Assembly: GCA_038060895.1 (NCBI GenBank)
Contig: JBBTCT010000012.1
Coordinates: 62,200 to 126,199 of the forward strand
DNA from: Planctomycetota bacterium
GTDB taxonomy: Bacteria > Planctomycetota > MHYJ01 > WSZJ01
Direction of reading: 5' to 3'
DNA length: 64,000 nucleotides
In this document: positions 40,501 through 48,470 of the stretch, piece after piece
Numbering within the stretch: position 1 is the first letter of the stretch
Layout: each line of letters starts with the position of its first letter
Translations under genes and position numbers: made by a program
The notes under the pieces: generated by a model
Database searches by the model: none
The model's input: only the letters and a program-made list of their open reading frames with translations
What the model was told of the DNA's origin: nothing

Positions 40501-41135
40501 ACTCCGACCTCGCCCGCCTCTACCTCGACCGCGACGAGCGCGAAAAGGCCCGCGGCCACGCCCAGAAAGCCCTCGAGCTCGCCGAGGACCTCGGCTACAT
40601 CGCCCTCCAGCTCGGCGCCCTTCACCTCCTCAGCGCCGTCGCGATCCGTGCCGGCAATTTCGCCGGGTCCCGCGAGTTCACGCGCCGGGCCCTCGCGCTC
40701 GCCCGCGAAAGGCAGATCCCCGGATCCGTCGTCGTCGCTTCCATCGACGCCCTCGAAACCGAAGCGGGCGCCGGCGAGCTGGCGGAAGCGGCGCGCCTGC
40801 TCCAGGAAGCGCGCGCCGCGGCGGGCGCCGAGAGCGGCCCCGCGCTCGACCGCGCCGAGGGAGTCCTTGCGGAGGCGAAGGGCGACTTCGGTCCCGCCGC
40901 GAGCGCCTACTCCCGGTCTCTCGCGAGCGTCGAGAAAGGCGAGAATCCGTTCGCAAGCGCGGCCGCCCGCCTCGATGTCGCAAGGGCCCTCGATTCCATG
41001 CTCAAGCGCGACAACGGCATGAACGCCGCGGAAGCGCGCGCAGCGCTGGAATCCGCGTTGCCGATCTTCGTGAGGCTCGGAGCGAAGTGGCATGAAGCCT
41101 GCGCGAAAGGCCTCCTGGCCGGCCTTCCCGCGTGA
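34590..41135 (+). CDS. 2181-aa Ser/Thr kinase - STAND ATPase - TPR - STAND ATPase - TPR protein
   Basis: Kinase HRDLKPSN, DFG, APEQ. Walker A GEAGIGKT with LFFDD; second Walker A GPTGIGKT with LILDD; GVPYF and GNPLF motifs; two TPR blocks. Confidence 0.9.
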   Translation: MSLPPDDRALVGTVVRDRYEVLRLLGQGGMGSVYAVKDRQSGAERALKVLGTTQGGLRIAQHRFKREFSTISRVSHPGIVAVYDFGELNGVLFYVMELLTNATIAERIPKPPELPDRAKITASLKMMSEVIDALAYVHQHHLIHRDLKPSNLIFGADGKPRITDFGLAKDFDNAITLTESGSILGTLSHMAPEQLQGRKIDHRADLYATGIILYQLVCGRLPFSETNPLALMRQQVTQAPLAPSKHNPAVPRELDDVIMKLLARDPVDRYPNANLLAADVAAVIKGDKPAASAAGAQSTDQRTTIATAAGYVGRQEDLQKMQSVLEQAGAGEGGTAVILGEAGIGKTRFVEEFCARALMYGVTFLKGRADRRAGVFYRPFIEMIEAYSARIGQYDADLEVALFSDIGRVLSRLVPRLLERKSIAEAPEPSALEPGENKVRLFDAVTRFFLRIAQQETLVLFFDDFQQVDELSLELFQYLGRNARTARLVLVAACRGEDLAPRGGKAHPVDATLTALKREGVKCETITLKRLSEADTARLAAALAPGVELSKLFVERLHGRTAGVPYFVEELLRWLREQGALEKGQWPEEVPETVEAVLRERLEGIDEKVLGALRGAAVVGEEFEFEVLLRATGEDEGALLEAIDSGVRAKVLKERPGERYAFVHPLLRMMLYSKMLPRRRKLLHSAIAKALEERSGDTGTREAAEALAYHWTNAGDREKATGYAIEAARKAFGVYANEAARGHAEAAVRGLEDKSDPATMQRMYDTLDLLYDILMVSGSSVDGTAAANRMVLIAGQLADPERRAKAHYKLARAEQQAGHYQATIAHLGEALRETQSPALRVISMGVLAFTLAEKLGKPHEGLAMAEEAVKLSEGITDNVARFQAMNSLGVARLRGGQLAAAADQMRKNVEFAREKGMKLQECGALNNLSVAFESMNRHDEQLVTLKEALDRARQIGFLAGECLYLVGLASVLSDAESPDAEPLARQARELSKRAGFLSSYQSACNLLARLASKRAEFEECRKILSEILADKETNIGVLVDSQLADTDAAIRLGKGEEGMAGLAALAARLKDLPPSTWVIGFQVDRAGILIQAGHLLDAKYFDEAAAVLDAVAAPLATIDAPGMANYFRFCLGRVAAARGDGAKSEEHFRACIPFLLSQPSQVSRATTRAWLAVSQEAMGRLPQARELWVQAEEDMLRAGLQPLWQSYIRALPRMAALAASEASEARTEVRPAPPSGLLLDIPPFVGREAEMEWLRERMKETLEKKSGGLVVFRGPTGIGKTRLLREFGAVAARDGIAVLTGVAREENRAVAHGPWIPIARQALELLPENRVAPDLAAALRAGVPELADLPRLARIAPGEVRVPKGELTPEIERLRVHDAIARLVEGVAAGAGKDKPGLVLILDDASAADESSLDLLAFLARSVRRHPVLFLANFNTEDAGEAHPLSRRLAALVRDREAVLRELDPLRASDIVTLVTALVGQRRDAADLAAVVAEKSGGNPLFARELLLAIFRGGLVEENDERYKLKTQSIRLPDTIAGLLRHQLEGLNPDVLRVLSGASVIGREFDFETLMDISSAQEKQLVDWLEGLVKIGILESVPEDPLGRDLYRFQAPQMREVIYSGVPKVEREVLHRRVAESLERASLARKGVSAGELAHHFVLGGGGRKARDYSLEAGIKASKVCANGEAKSHLENALRVMKSDAALQDRGKSFDALSELAQVQMRVGENAEARRLCDEAVAVAETPVQRARLGRALAQAMHRAGDLKEAARICDETLRRLALDLSGKGAQDFRTSLPRPADIPQDAAEHAAGLLGTLSFEHSYLGNRVLSQELCVLSRQYAERTQKPEAIANALKTEAFVLQDDGKHEQARAAYEQALRLQRAQGNRWAEAALLNNLAGVDTSSGHVREGLDRYIASARLFAEVGDLVEHGRQLTNIGRAQLDLGDWKDAEVTLVQALDLNVRLRERRSMCFVHSDLARLYLDRDEREKARGHAQKALELAEDLGYIALQLGALHLLSAVAIRAGNFAGSREFTRRALALARERQIPGSVVVASIDALETEAGAGELAEAARLLQEARAAAGAESGPALDRAEGVLAEAKGDFGPAASAYSRSLASVEKGENPFASAAARLDVARALDSMLKRDNGMNAAEARAALESALPIFVRLGAKWHEACAKGLLAGLPA

Positions 41136-41242
41136 CCCGCCCCCTCGCCACACCCCAACTTTTCCCATAAGATTGGAGCTGGGGCTGGAGTTGGAGTTGG
41201 CCTTTTCCACGCCGTTCCCCCCTACCCACCCGGAGACTTCCC

Positions 41243-42637
41243 ATGCGCAAGACCGACACCCTGGTCATCGGCTCCGGCCCCGGCGGCTATGTCGCCGCGA
41301 TCCGCCTGGCCCAGCTCGGAAAGCCGACCACGATCGTCGAGCGCGAAGACCTGGGCGGCGTCTGCCTGAACTGGGGGTGCATTCCCTCGAAAGCTCTCAT
41401 CCATATGTCCACGGAGTACGAGCGTGCGCTTCACGGCTCCGCCATCGGCATCGAGACCACGGGGGTGAGGGCGGATCTCAAGAAGTTCCAGGTCTTCAAG
41501 AAGGGCGTCGTGGACAAGCTCACCGGCGGCGTCGGGATGCTGCTCAAGGGGTACAAGGTCGATGTCGTGAAGGGCCAGGCGAAGTTCACGGGGCCGAATA
41601 CGGTGGAAGTCGTCGGCAAGAAAGAGACTGACACCGTCGAGTTCAAGAACTGCATCATCGGCACGGGCGCAAGGCCGATCGAGATCCCCGGCTTTGCCTA
41701 CGACGGCAAGAACGTGATCGGCGCCAAGGGAGCGCTCGAGCTCGACGTCCTGCCGCCGCGCCTCGTCGTCATCGGGGGCGGCGTCATCGGCCTCGAGCTC
41801 GGGACGGCGTACGCAAAACTGGGCTCGAAGGTGACGGTCGTCGAGGCCCTGGACCAGCTCCTCCCCGGGCAGGATCCGTCGCTCGTGAAGATCGTCGAGA
41901 AGGGGCTGAAGAAGCGCGGCGTCGAGTGGATGCTGAAGGCGAAGGCGAAGGGCTACAAGGCGGCGGCCGGCGGCCTGGAAGTCGAAGTAGAGACGGAAAA
42001 GGGCCCGGCGAGTATCGCGTGCGACAAGATTCTCGTCGCCGTCGGGTTCCGTCCGATCACGGACATCCTCGACCTCCCGAAGGCGGGCGTGAAAACCAGC
42101 GAGCGCGGTTTCATCGCGACGGACAAGTTCTGCCGCACGAATGTCGCTCACATCTACGCGATCGGCGACGTGAGCGGCCCGCCCTTCCTCGCCCACAAAG
42201 CCTCGAAGGAAGGCATCGTCGCAGCGGAGGTCATCGCGGGGCACAAGAGCGAAAAGGACTTCATCGTTCCCGGCGCCATCTTCACCGACCCGGAAATCGC
42301 GACGGTCGGCATGACAGAAGCGGAGGCCGAGAAGGCCGGCATCCAGGTCAAGGTTGGCAAGTTCGCGTTCATCGCGAACGGCCGTGCTCTGTCGATGAAC
42401 GAGACCGACGGCTTCGTCAAGGTGGTGAGCGACGCGAAGAACGACATCCTGCTGGGCGTGCAGCTGGTCGGGGTGGAGGCCTCGAACCTGATCGGCGAAG
42501 CGACGCTGGCGATCGAGATGAGTGCGAGCGCGGAGGATCTTGCGCTGACGGTTCACGCGCACCCGACGCTGTCGGAGGTCATCATGGAAGCGGCGGAAGG
42601 GGTCTATGGCCGATCGATTCACGGCGTGAACAGGTAG
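41243..42637 (+). CDS. lpdA: dihydrolipoyl dehydrogenase E3
   Basis: GSGPGGY, GGVCLNWGCIPSK, GGGVIGLE, HAHPTLSE. Confidence 0.96.
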   Translation: MRKTDTLVIGSGPGGYVAAIRLAQLGKPTTIVEREDLGGVCLNWGCIPSKALIHMSTEYERALHGSAIGIETTGVRADLKKFQVFKKGVVDKLTGGVGMLLKGYKVDVVKGQAKFTGPNTVEVVGKKETDTVEFKNCIIGTGARPIEIPGFAYDGKNVIGAKGALELDVLPPRLVVIGGGVIGLELGTAYAKLGSKVTVVEALDQLLPGQDPSLVKIVEKGLKKRGVEWMLKAKAKGYKAAAGGLEVEVETEKGPASIACDKILVAVGFRPITDILDLPKAGVKTSERGFIATDKFCRTNVAHIYAIGDVSGPPFLAHKASKEGIVAAEVIAGHKSEKDFIVPGAIFTDPEIATVGMTEAEAEKAGIQVKVGKFAFIANGRALSMNETDGFVKVVSDAKNDILLGVQLVGVEASNLIGEATLAIEMSASAEDLALTVHAHPTLSEVIMEAAEGVYGRSIHGVNR

Positions 42638-42641
42638 CCCC

Positions 42642-43628
42642 CTACGCCCTGAAACTCGCCGGCCGCACCGAGTGATGCTTCGCGTACTCCATCCACAAAA
42701 CCCAGTACGCCAGGTTCAGCGGCTGGTCCGGCCGCGCGCTTTTCCACGACGCCAGCACCGACCGCGACATCAGCGCGAACCGCTCCCCTGCGGTCGCGCC
42801 CGGCGGCACCTGCACCGGAAAAGCGTGCTGCGCAAAACGGGTCGACAACAGCCCGACCACCTTTTCCGGGAACACCGTCTGCAGGAGAAGGCTCGGGAAC
42901 ACGGTCGAGCGACCAATCCCCTTGAACGCGAACTCCCCCTGCATCGCCCCGTCCACCCGTGCTTCAAGCGGCTCGTCCGACCAGAGTAGTTTCTCCAGGC
43001 ACTCCGCTAGATGCGGCGTCGATGCGACCTTTCGTCGCTGCGCCCCGAACAGTCCCAGCGGCCACCGCATCGTCGCCCGGTGCGTCTCCTCCGAGAGAAA
43101 ACCCAGGACGTTTTCCCCCGTCACCCGGTCGAGCCGCTTCTGGCTCGTCAGCCAGGGGTACTTCGCCCGCAGTTCCTTCGTCCGCTGCGCCCACCATTTG
43201 TGCCACTCGTGGACCCGCGGATTGTCCCCCCACCGCTGGATCAGGCGCTCAAACTGCGGCTCCGCCCTTTCCTCCACCTCGCGGCGGTTTTCCTCAAACA
43301 ACTGAATCCCGCCGTGGGCGATCGCAAAGATCACGCACGGCTCCCCCTCCATCGCCACCGGGTGGTGCACCGACCCACCCTTGTGACAGTGGTAGTCGCC
43401 CTTCCGATACGTCCCCGCGTTGTCGCGGTATCCCCCCGCCAGCACGAGAACCTCTTCGTCGCCGACATGCCGGTGCTGCGGATACCCGCACCCCGCGTCC
43501 ATCCGGATCAGGGCCGTCAAATCGCCCGTCATCTTGTCGGTGCGCAGAAAGTGAATGCTCACGCCGGGGTAGCGGGTTTTTTTCCAATCCGCAGTCTGCA
43601 GGTCGAAGGCGACAGGAACGCGGGTCAT
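42642..43628 (-). CDS. ChrR-like cupin domain fused to an unknown C-terminal domain
   Basis: YPQHRHVGDEEVLVLAG and GSVHHP cupin (about 110 aa), then about 215 aa of helical sequence. Confidence 0.65.
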   Translation of the reverse strand: MTRVPVAFDLQTADWKKTRYPGVSIHFLRTDKMTGDLTALIRMDAGCGYPQHRHVGDEEVLVLAGGYRDNAGTYRKGDYHCHKGGSVHHPVAMEGEPCVIFAIAHGGIQLFEENRREVEERAEPQFERLIQRWGDNPRVHEWHKWWAQRTKELRAKYPWLTSQKRLDRVTGENVLGFLSEETHRATMRWPLGLFGAQRRKVASTPHLAECLEKLLWSDEPLEARVDGAMQGEFAFKGIGRSTVFPSLLLQTVFPEKVVGLLSTRFAQHAFPVQVPPGATAGERFALMSRSVLASWKSARPDQPLNLAYWVLWMEYAKHHSVRPASFRA

Positions 43629-43665
43629 TGGGTCTCCGGTGAAGCGGCGATCGGGAAAGTGTTAC

Positions 43666-44247
43666 CTACGGCCGCGCCAATGTCCAGCCTGCCGCCCGCA
43701 TGCCGTCGTCCGTTGCGGCGGGCCACGCGGGAGGCGCTTCGCCCCCGTCTCGCGCCCACACTCGCCCGTCCTCGCGCGTGATGAAAACACGGCGCCCGGA
43801 TGCGCCGGGCTCTGCGGGGGAGGCGGCGAAGGCGTACCCGTTCTCCGCCTTGAAAGCGCGGAACCAGTAGCCGGAATGCGGCGAGCGCGGAAGGGCCGCG
43901 GACATTCGGGGGCCCTGCGGAAGCGGTGACGCGTCCGCGGCGGCGATCGCGCCGCTCGTCATCGCCACGGGCTTTCCATTTTTCGCGAGCGCCCGGTGGA
44001 ACCCCGACCAGTCCGCGGTCCACCAGTCCGCCGCGCCGTTGCCGTCCGCGTCGCCGTCGCGCCAGAGCCGTTCCAGCGTGGCCACGGAGTCGAGGACGCG
44101 AAGCGCCTCGCGTTCGTTCCCGTCCACCGGATTCACGGCGCCGGAGAGGAATATCTGCAGCACGCCCGCGCCGATGCCCAGCGCCGCGACGAGAATCGCC
44201 GCCGCCAGCAGCGGGCTCCCGCGCTTCTTTACTCCGCCTTCTTCCAT
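43666..44247 (-). CDS. membrane-anchored DUF2950-like/pilin-like protein (paralog 2)
   Basis: TM helix, NEREAL, DADGNGAADWW, GYWFRA, SGRRVF. Confidence 0.65.
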   Translation of the reverse strand: MEEGGVKKRGSPLLAAAILVAALGIGAGVLQIFLSGAVNPVDGNEREALRVLDSVATLERLWRDGDADGNGAADWWTADWSGFHRALAKNGKPVAMTSGAIAAADASPLPQGPRMSAALPRSPHSGYWFRAFKAENGYAFAASPAEPGASGRRVFITREDGRVWARDGGEAPPAWPAATDDGMRAAGWTLARP

Positions 44248-44843
44248 CCATCCGCCTCCGGCCCGCGCGCAGGCCACTCCGCGGGGCCTTCAGGCGCGGC
44301 CTCCGCGGCATCCTTCGCCCACACCGTCCCATCCACACCCACAAGGAAGACGCGCTTCCCGGATTCCCCCGCCTTCACCGGGAACGCGACGAACGCGAAG
44401 CCGCGGAGGTTTTCCCAGGCGTTGGAGTCTTCGTCCGGTCCGTCGGAAGCGAAGCCCTTGAGCGCCCGCATCCAGTAGCCATTCCAGGCTTTCGGCGGCA
44501 GGTCCGCGGTCAGCCGCGGGCGCGTGCCGGAGCCGGGAGGCAAGGGGGCCCTGTCCGCCGACGCGATGACCGGGTCGAGGAACGCCGATGCTTCTCCGTT
44601 CGGCTGCGCCACGCGATAGAGGCCGGAGAGATCGCCGGTCCAGAAGTCCGGGACGCCATTCCCGTCGCCGTCGTTGCGGCGGAAGTCGAGCTCGGCGGTG
44701 TGGACCCTGCGGAGTGCGTCGATGGCGGCGGCTTCGTTGGCAGCGAAGAGTGCCCCGCGTCCGATGGAGGGAAGTTTCCACAGAAGCCACGCGCCTGCGA
44801 TCACGGCGGCAATGGCCATTCCCCACCGACCCTGTTTGTTCAT
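44229..44843 (-). CDS. membrane-anchored DUF2950-like/pilin-like protein (paralog 1)
   Basis: TM helix, NEAAAI, DGDGNGVPDFWTGD, GYWMRA, SGKRVF. Confidence 0.7.
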   Translation of the reverse strand: MNKQGRWGMAIAAVIAGAWLLWKLPSIGRGALFAANEAAAIDALRRVHTAELDFRRNDGDGNGVPDFWTGDLSGLYRVAQPNGEASAFLDPVIASADRAPLPPGSGTRPRLTADLPPKAWNGYWMRALKGFASDGPDEDSNAWENLRGFAFVAFPVKAGESGKRVFLVGVDGTVWAKDAAEAAPEGPAEWPARGPEADGWKKAE

Positions 44844-45205
44844 GGGCGCGCCTCCCGGACGCGTTCGAGAAGGGCATCGACGATCCGGTCTGAAAGTCCC
44901 AGCGGCTCCGTGACGCGCCAGGCGACGGCGGCGTGCCGTTTCGCGGCTTCCGCCGCGAGGCGCGGGATGTCGAGCGTCGAATGCCTTCCGGGCCCGAGGA
45001 AGAATTGCGCCAGCGTGATGTCGGTCGCGCCGGCCGCGACGGAAGCGTCGAACGCTTCGCCAATCGTCGGCGGCGCGAGTTCCATGTGGCTCCCTTTCAC
45101 AAGGTCGAAGCCCCCGCGTGCGCGGATGCGCTCCGCGACCTGCTCGAGAAGCGCGTTGGCTTCGGGCAGCTTTGATCCGTGATCCACGAGGATGAGCGCC
45201 TTCAA
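44840..45205 (-). CDS. single-domain CbiX/SirB-like chelatase
   Basis: ILVDHGS, HMELAPPTI, FFLGPGRH, DIP, TEPLG. Confidence 0.85.
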   Translation of the reverse strand: MKALILVDHGSKLPEANALLEQVAERIRARGGFDLVKGSHMELAPPTIGEAFDASVAAGATDITLAQFFLGPGRHSTLDIPRLAAEAAKRHAAVAWRVTEPLGLSDRIVDALLERVREARP

Positions 45206-45846
45206 GCGCTGGGGCTCCCCGCGGGAACGTCGCGCGTCATGCGGAAACCAAACACGCCGCCGAACACGGGTGCAATGCCCGTCGCAACGTCTTCCGGCGT
45301 CGCGGACACGCCGAGTTCGGCCAGAGAGGTCATGACATCAGGGTCGAGCCCGCAGGGGCGGAAGCGATGGAAGGCCGCGAGATCGGGGGCAACGTTGAAG
45401 GCAAAGCCATGGTAAGCGACCCAGCGGCGGACGGCGACGCCGATGCTGGCGATCTTCCGTTCGCCGACCCAGACGCCGGTGAGTTTCTCCTTGCGGCCGC
45501 CCTGCAAGCCGAGGGTGGCGAGAAAACGGATCAGGGCTTCTTCGATGTCCCTCAGGTGCCGGTGCACGTCATGGTCCGTGACGGGAACGATCGGGTAACC
45601 GACGACCTGCCCGGGTCCATGCCAGGTCAATCCGCCGCCGCGTTCGGTTTCAGAAACGGGAAGGCCGGAGGCCCGTGCTTCATCGAAATCACCGCCGCGC
45701 CCGACGGTGACGACGTCGGGATGTTCGATAAGCCAGAGGATCGGCGAGGCGGTCCCGGCGGCGACTGCGTCCACGCGCTCGCGCTGCAGCGTGCGCGCTT
45801 CGTCGTAGGGAACGCGGCCAAGCCAGGACCAGGGAAGCTCACGCAT
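45202..45846 (-). CDS. lipB: lipoyl(octanoyl) transferase
   Basis: EHPDVVTVGR, RGGGLTWHGPGQ, KIASIG, HGFAFN, PCG. Confidence 0.93.
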   Translation of the reverse strand: MRELPWSWLGRVPYDEARTLQRERVDAVAAGTASPILWLIEHPDVVTVGRGGDFDEARASGLPVSETERGGGLTWHGPGQVVGYPIVPVTDHDVHRHLRDIEEALIRFLATLGLQGGRKEKLTGVWVGERKIASIGVAVRRWVAYHGFAFNVAPDLAAFHRFRPCGLDPDVMTSLAELGVSATPEDVATGIAPVFGGVFGFRMTRDVPAGSPSA

Positions 45847-45888
45847 GGCCGCATTCTATCCTCGTGCCTGAAACCTGCACCCTGGGGC

Positions 45889-47070
45889 CTATTCCACCCG
45901 GCCCAGATCCTCGACCAGGCGGAGGGCTACCTTCCCCACTTTTTCAAATCCCTCCACCCTCAGCGTTTCCGGTGCATCCGCCGCTGTATGCAGCCGCTTC
46001 GCCAGCCAGGAGTGGGTCAGCAGCGTTGCGCAGGCCAGACGCTCCCTCGTGAACGATGCGTGATCGGTCATCAGCCCGATCGAGGGCGGGAATGAGCCGA
46101 CCGAAACGCCCACTCCCTTTCCGGCCGCGACCACTGCGTCGCTCATCGACACGCCGCCCGACTCGGGCCCGCGCGCCGGCACGACCCAGACGGCTCCCGC
46201 ATAGCCGACGCCGTCGAAGTTGAGCACGCGGAGCCGCTTCTCTTGACGCAGTGCGTCAATGTGGCGCTTCACCCACGCCTGCGAGCCCGTCATCCCGAAT
46301 TCCTCGCCGGAGACCGCGAGGAAAATGGCGCGCGCCCTCCTCGACGCGGGAAGGCTCTTCCAGATCCTCGCCATCTCCACCACCGCCCCGACCCCGCTGG
46401 CGTTGTCCATGGCGCCGGGGGACTTGTTGTGCGTGCGCAGGAGGTAGAGCGGGAGCGACAGAAGCAGCACGAGGACGCCGGCGACCGCGATCACTTCGAT
46501 CGGAAGGTCGGGGTTCAGAAGCAACCGGGCGAGCGCGGCGCCGAGGAAACAAAAGGCCGCGGTCCGCGCCCATCTGAAGAGCGCGATGCGGCCCCCGAGC
46601 GAAAGTGACTGCGATTTCGAGTCGTAGTGGGCCATGAAGACGAACTGCGGGCTTCCGGCAGGACCGTCTGCAGTCGCAATGAGGTTCGAGGACCGGATCC
46701 AGCCCTTGCGGGGAGGGTCAGAAGCGCCGCAATCGCGAATCGTCGCGTCGAATGTGCGACGGATGAGCCAGGGGAGCAGGATCGCGAGCACGCCCAGGTA
46801 AGCCAGCCCGCCCCAGGCGAGCCGAACGTCCTTCCAGAGCCCGAGCCCGATCGCCGCCAGCCCGAGATGAGTCAGGAACAGGGAGATTCGCAGCATGCTG
46901 TCCGCGGCGGGGCGGAATTCGAAATTCTCCTCTTCGACTGCCCACCCCGCGCCTGCGAGCGCTTCGCGCACCTCACCCGCCACCACTCGCTCCTCCGTGG
47001 TCCCGCACAGCCTCGGCCTCGAAATCGAGGAAGCGAAGTTCAGCGCGCGGCGGGCGTCGAAGGCGCTCAT
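45889..47070 (-). CDS. M28 family membrane metallopeptidase
   Basis: AHYDS, GAMDNASG, GEEFG, NFDG, TDHASF, LHTAAD; TM inserts. Confidence 0.85.
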   Translation of the reverse strand: MSAFDARRALNFASSISRPRLCGTTEERVVAGEVREALAGAGWAVEEENFEFRPAADSMLRISLFLTHLGLAAIGLGLWKDVRLAWGGLAYLGVLAILLPWLIRRTFDATIRDCGASDPPRKGWIRSSNLIATADGPAGSPQFVFMAHYDSKSQSLSLGGRIALFRWARTAAFCFLGAALARLLLNPDLPIEVIAVAGVLVLLLSLPLYLLRTHNKSPGAMDNASGVGAVVEMARIWKSLPASRRARAIFLAVSGEEFGMTGSQAWVKRHIDALRQEKRLRVLNFDGVGYAGAVWVVPARGPESGGVSMSDAVVAAGKGVGVSVGSFPPSIGLMTDHASFTRERLACATLLTHSWLAKRLHTAADAPETLRVEGFEKVGKVALRLVEDLGRVE

Positions 47071-47101
47071 TCGGCGCAAACTTTACGCGGGCTGCGCGCC
47101 G

Positions 47102-48355
47102 TCATGCTTCTTTTTCCGCAGCCACGGCTTTCACTTCCACCCGGGCTTCGACTTCCCGCGGTGGGCGCTTCCCCACCCCGAACAGTTTCACGATGGCGAG
47201 GTGAGCGACGGCGGACGCGCCGGCGATGCCCGCGATCGTGAACCATGTAGCGCCCGGATGCGCCGGGAATCGCTGGAGAAGCTGGCCGGAGATGTAGGGC
47301 CCGAAGACCTGGCCGGAATTCTGGGTGAACATGTAGGCGCCGAGGTAGCGGCCGCGCTGGGAGAGGGGGGCGAGTTCGGTGGCGAGGGAAGCGCCGGCGG
47401 GGGCGCAGAGGACTTCGCCGCAGGTGACGACGGCGATGGCGACGGCGAAGTGCCAGGGCTGGGTGCAAAAGGTGTAGGAGCCGTAACCGGCGCCGTAGAG
47501 GAGGCAGCCTGTCACGAGGGCGGGAACGAGACCGACCCGGCCCATCCACCGGGTGGCGGGAATCTGGAGAATAGCGACGCCGGTGCCGTTGACGGCGAGG
47601 ATCCAGGCGATTGTCTTGTCGGGGATGTGGGCGAACTGGGAGGCGTACATCGAGGTGCCGGCGACGAGCTGGGACCAGACGACGGACAGGAGGATGGCGG
47701 CGCCGGCGAGGAGGAGGAAAGGGTGATTTGCGAGGGCGGCGGTCCAGGGCGGGCCGGGTTCCGCGGAGCGTGGGGCGCGCGGGGGCTCACGCAGAAAGAT
47801 GGAGAACAGGAGGAGCGACAGGGCGAAGACGCCGGCGGTGATGCCAAAGGTGACAACGTACGACTCAGTCACGAGAGCGTTCAGGATCATGCCGAGCGCC
47901 CAGCCGGCGTTGATGCCCATTCGCACGAACCCGAACGACTCCGCTCTCATGCGGCCGGTCGAGACGTCGGCGACGTAGGCCTGCGAGCTGGGCTCGAAGA
48001 GCTGGCCGGTGAAATTTGAAGCGATGTAAGTCGCCGCAAGCTGCCAGAAAGGCGCGCCTGTGGAGATCTGCCAGGCGATCCCCGCGGAGGTCAGCGCGCG
48101 GCCTGCGAGCGCGCCCTGCATGACGATCTTCCGCCCCAGACGGTCGGCAAGTTCGCCGCCGAAAAAGCGGGCGAGCGCGCCGCCGAGCCCCGAGATCGCG
48201 AATGCGGCGCCCACATCCCCCATGGGGATTTTGAGATGACCCGCGCAGTAGATTGCGAAGAACGGGAATGAGAAGGCGAATCCGGTCGCCGTGATGATGC
48301 GCCCGAAGAACAGCAGCCAGAGGTCGGGCGGGTAGCGGCGAAGGGGGTTGGACAT
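47102..48355 (-). CDS. MFS transporter
   Basis: Motif A GELADRLGRK, about 12 TM helices. Confidence 0.9.
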   Translation of the reverse strand: MSNPLRRYPPDLWLLFFGRIITATGFAFSFPFFAIYCAGHLKIPMGDVGAAFAISGLGGALARFFGGELADRLGRKIVMQGALAGRALTSAGIAWQISTGAPFWQLAATYIASNFTGQLFEPSSQAYVADVSTGRMRAESFGFVRMGINAGWALGMILNALVTESYVVTFGITAGVFALSLLLFSIFLREPPRAPRSAEPGPPWTAALANHPFLLLAGAAILLSVVWSQLVAGTSMYASQFAHIPDKTIAWILAVNGTGVAILQIPATRWMGRVGLVPALVTGCLLYGAGYGSYTFCTQPWHFAVAIAVVTCGEVLCAPAGASLATELAPLSQRGRYLGAYMFTQNSGQVFGPYISGQLLQRFPAHPGATWFTIAGIAGASAVAHLAIVKLFGVGKRPPREVEARVEVKAVAAEKEA

Positions 48356-48470
48356 TTGAGAAGTGGGGCATGATACAGGCTGGCGGAGGCTGAGCGGATC
48401 CGCGGCTATCGATCAGATTGAAGCGGGCTTATGCACAACCGCAAGTTGATAGCCGCCGCCAGCCTCTCCC

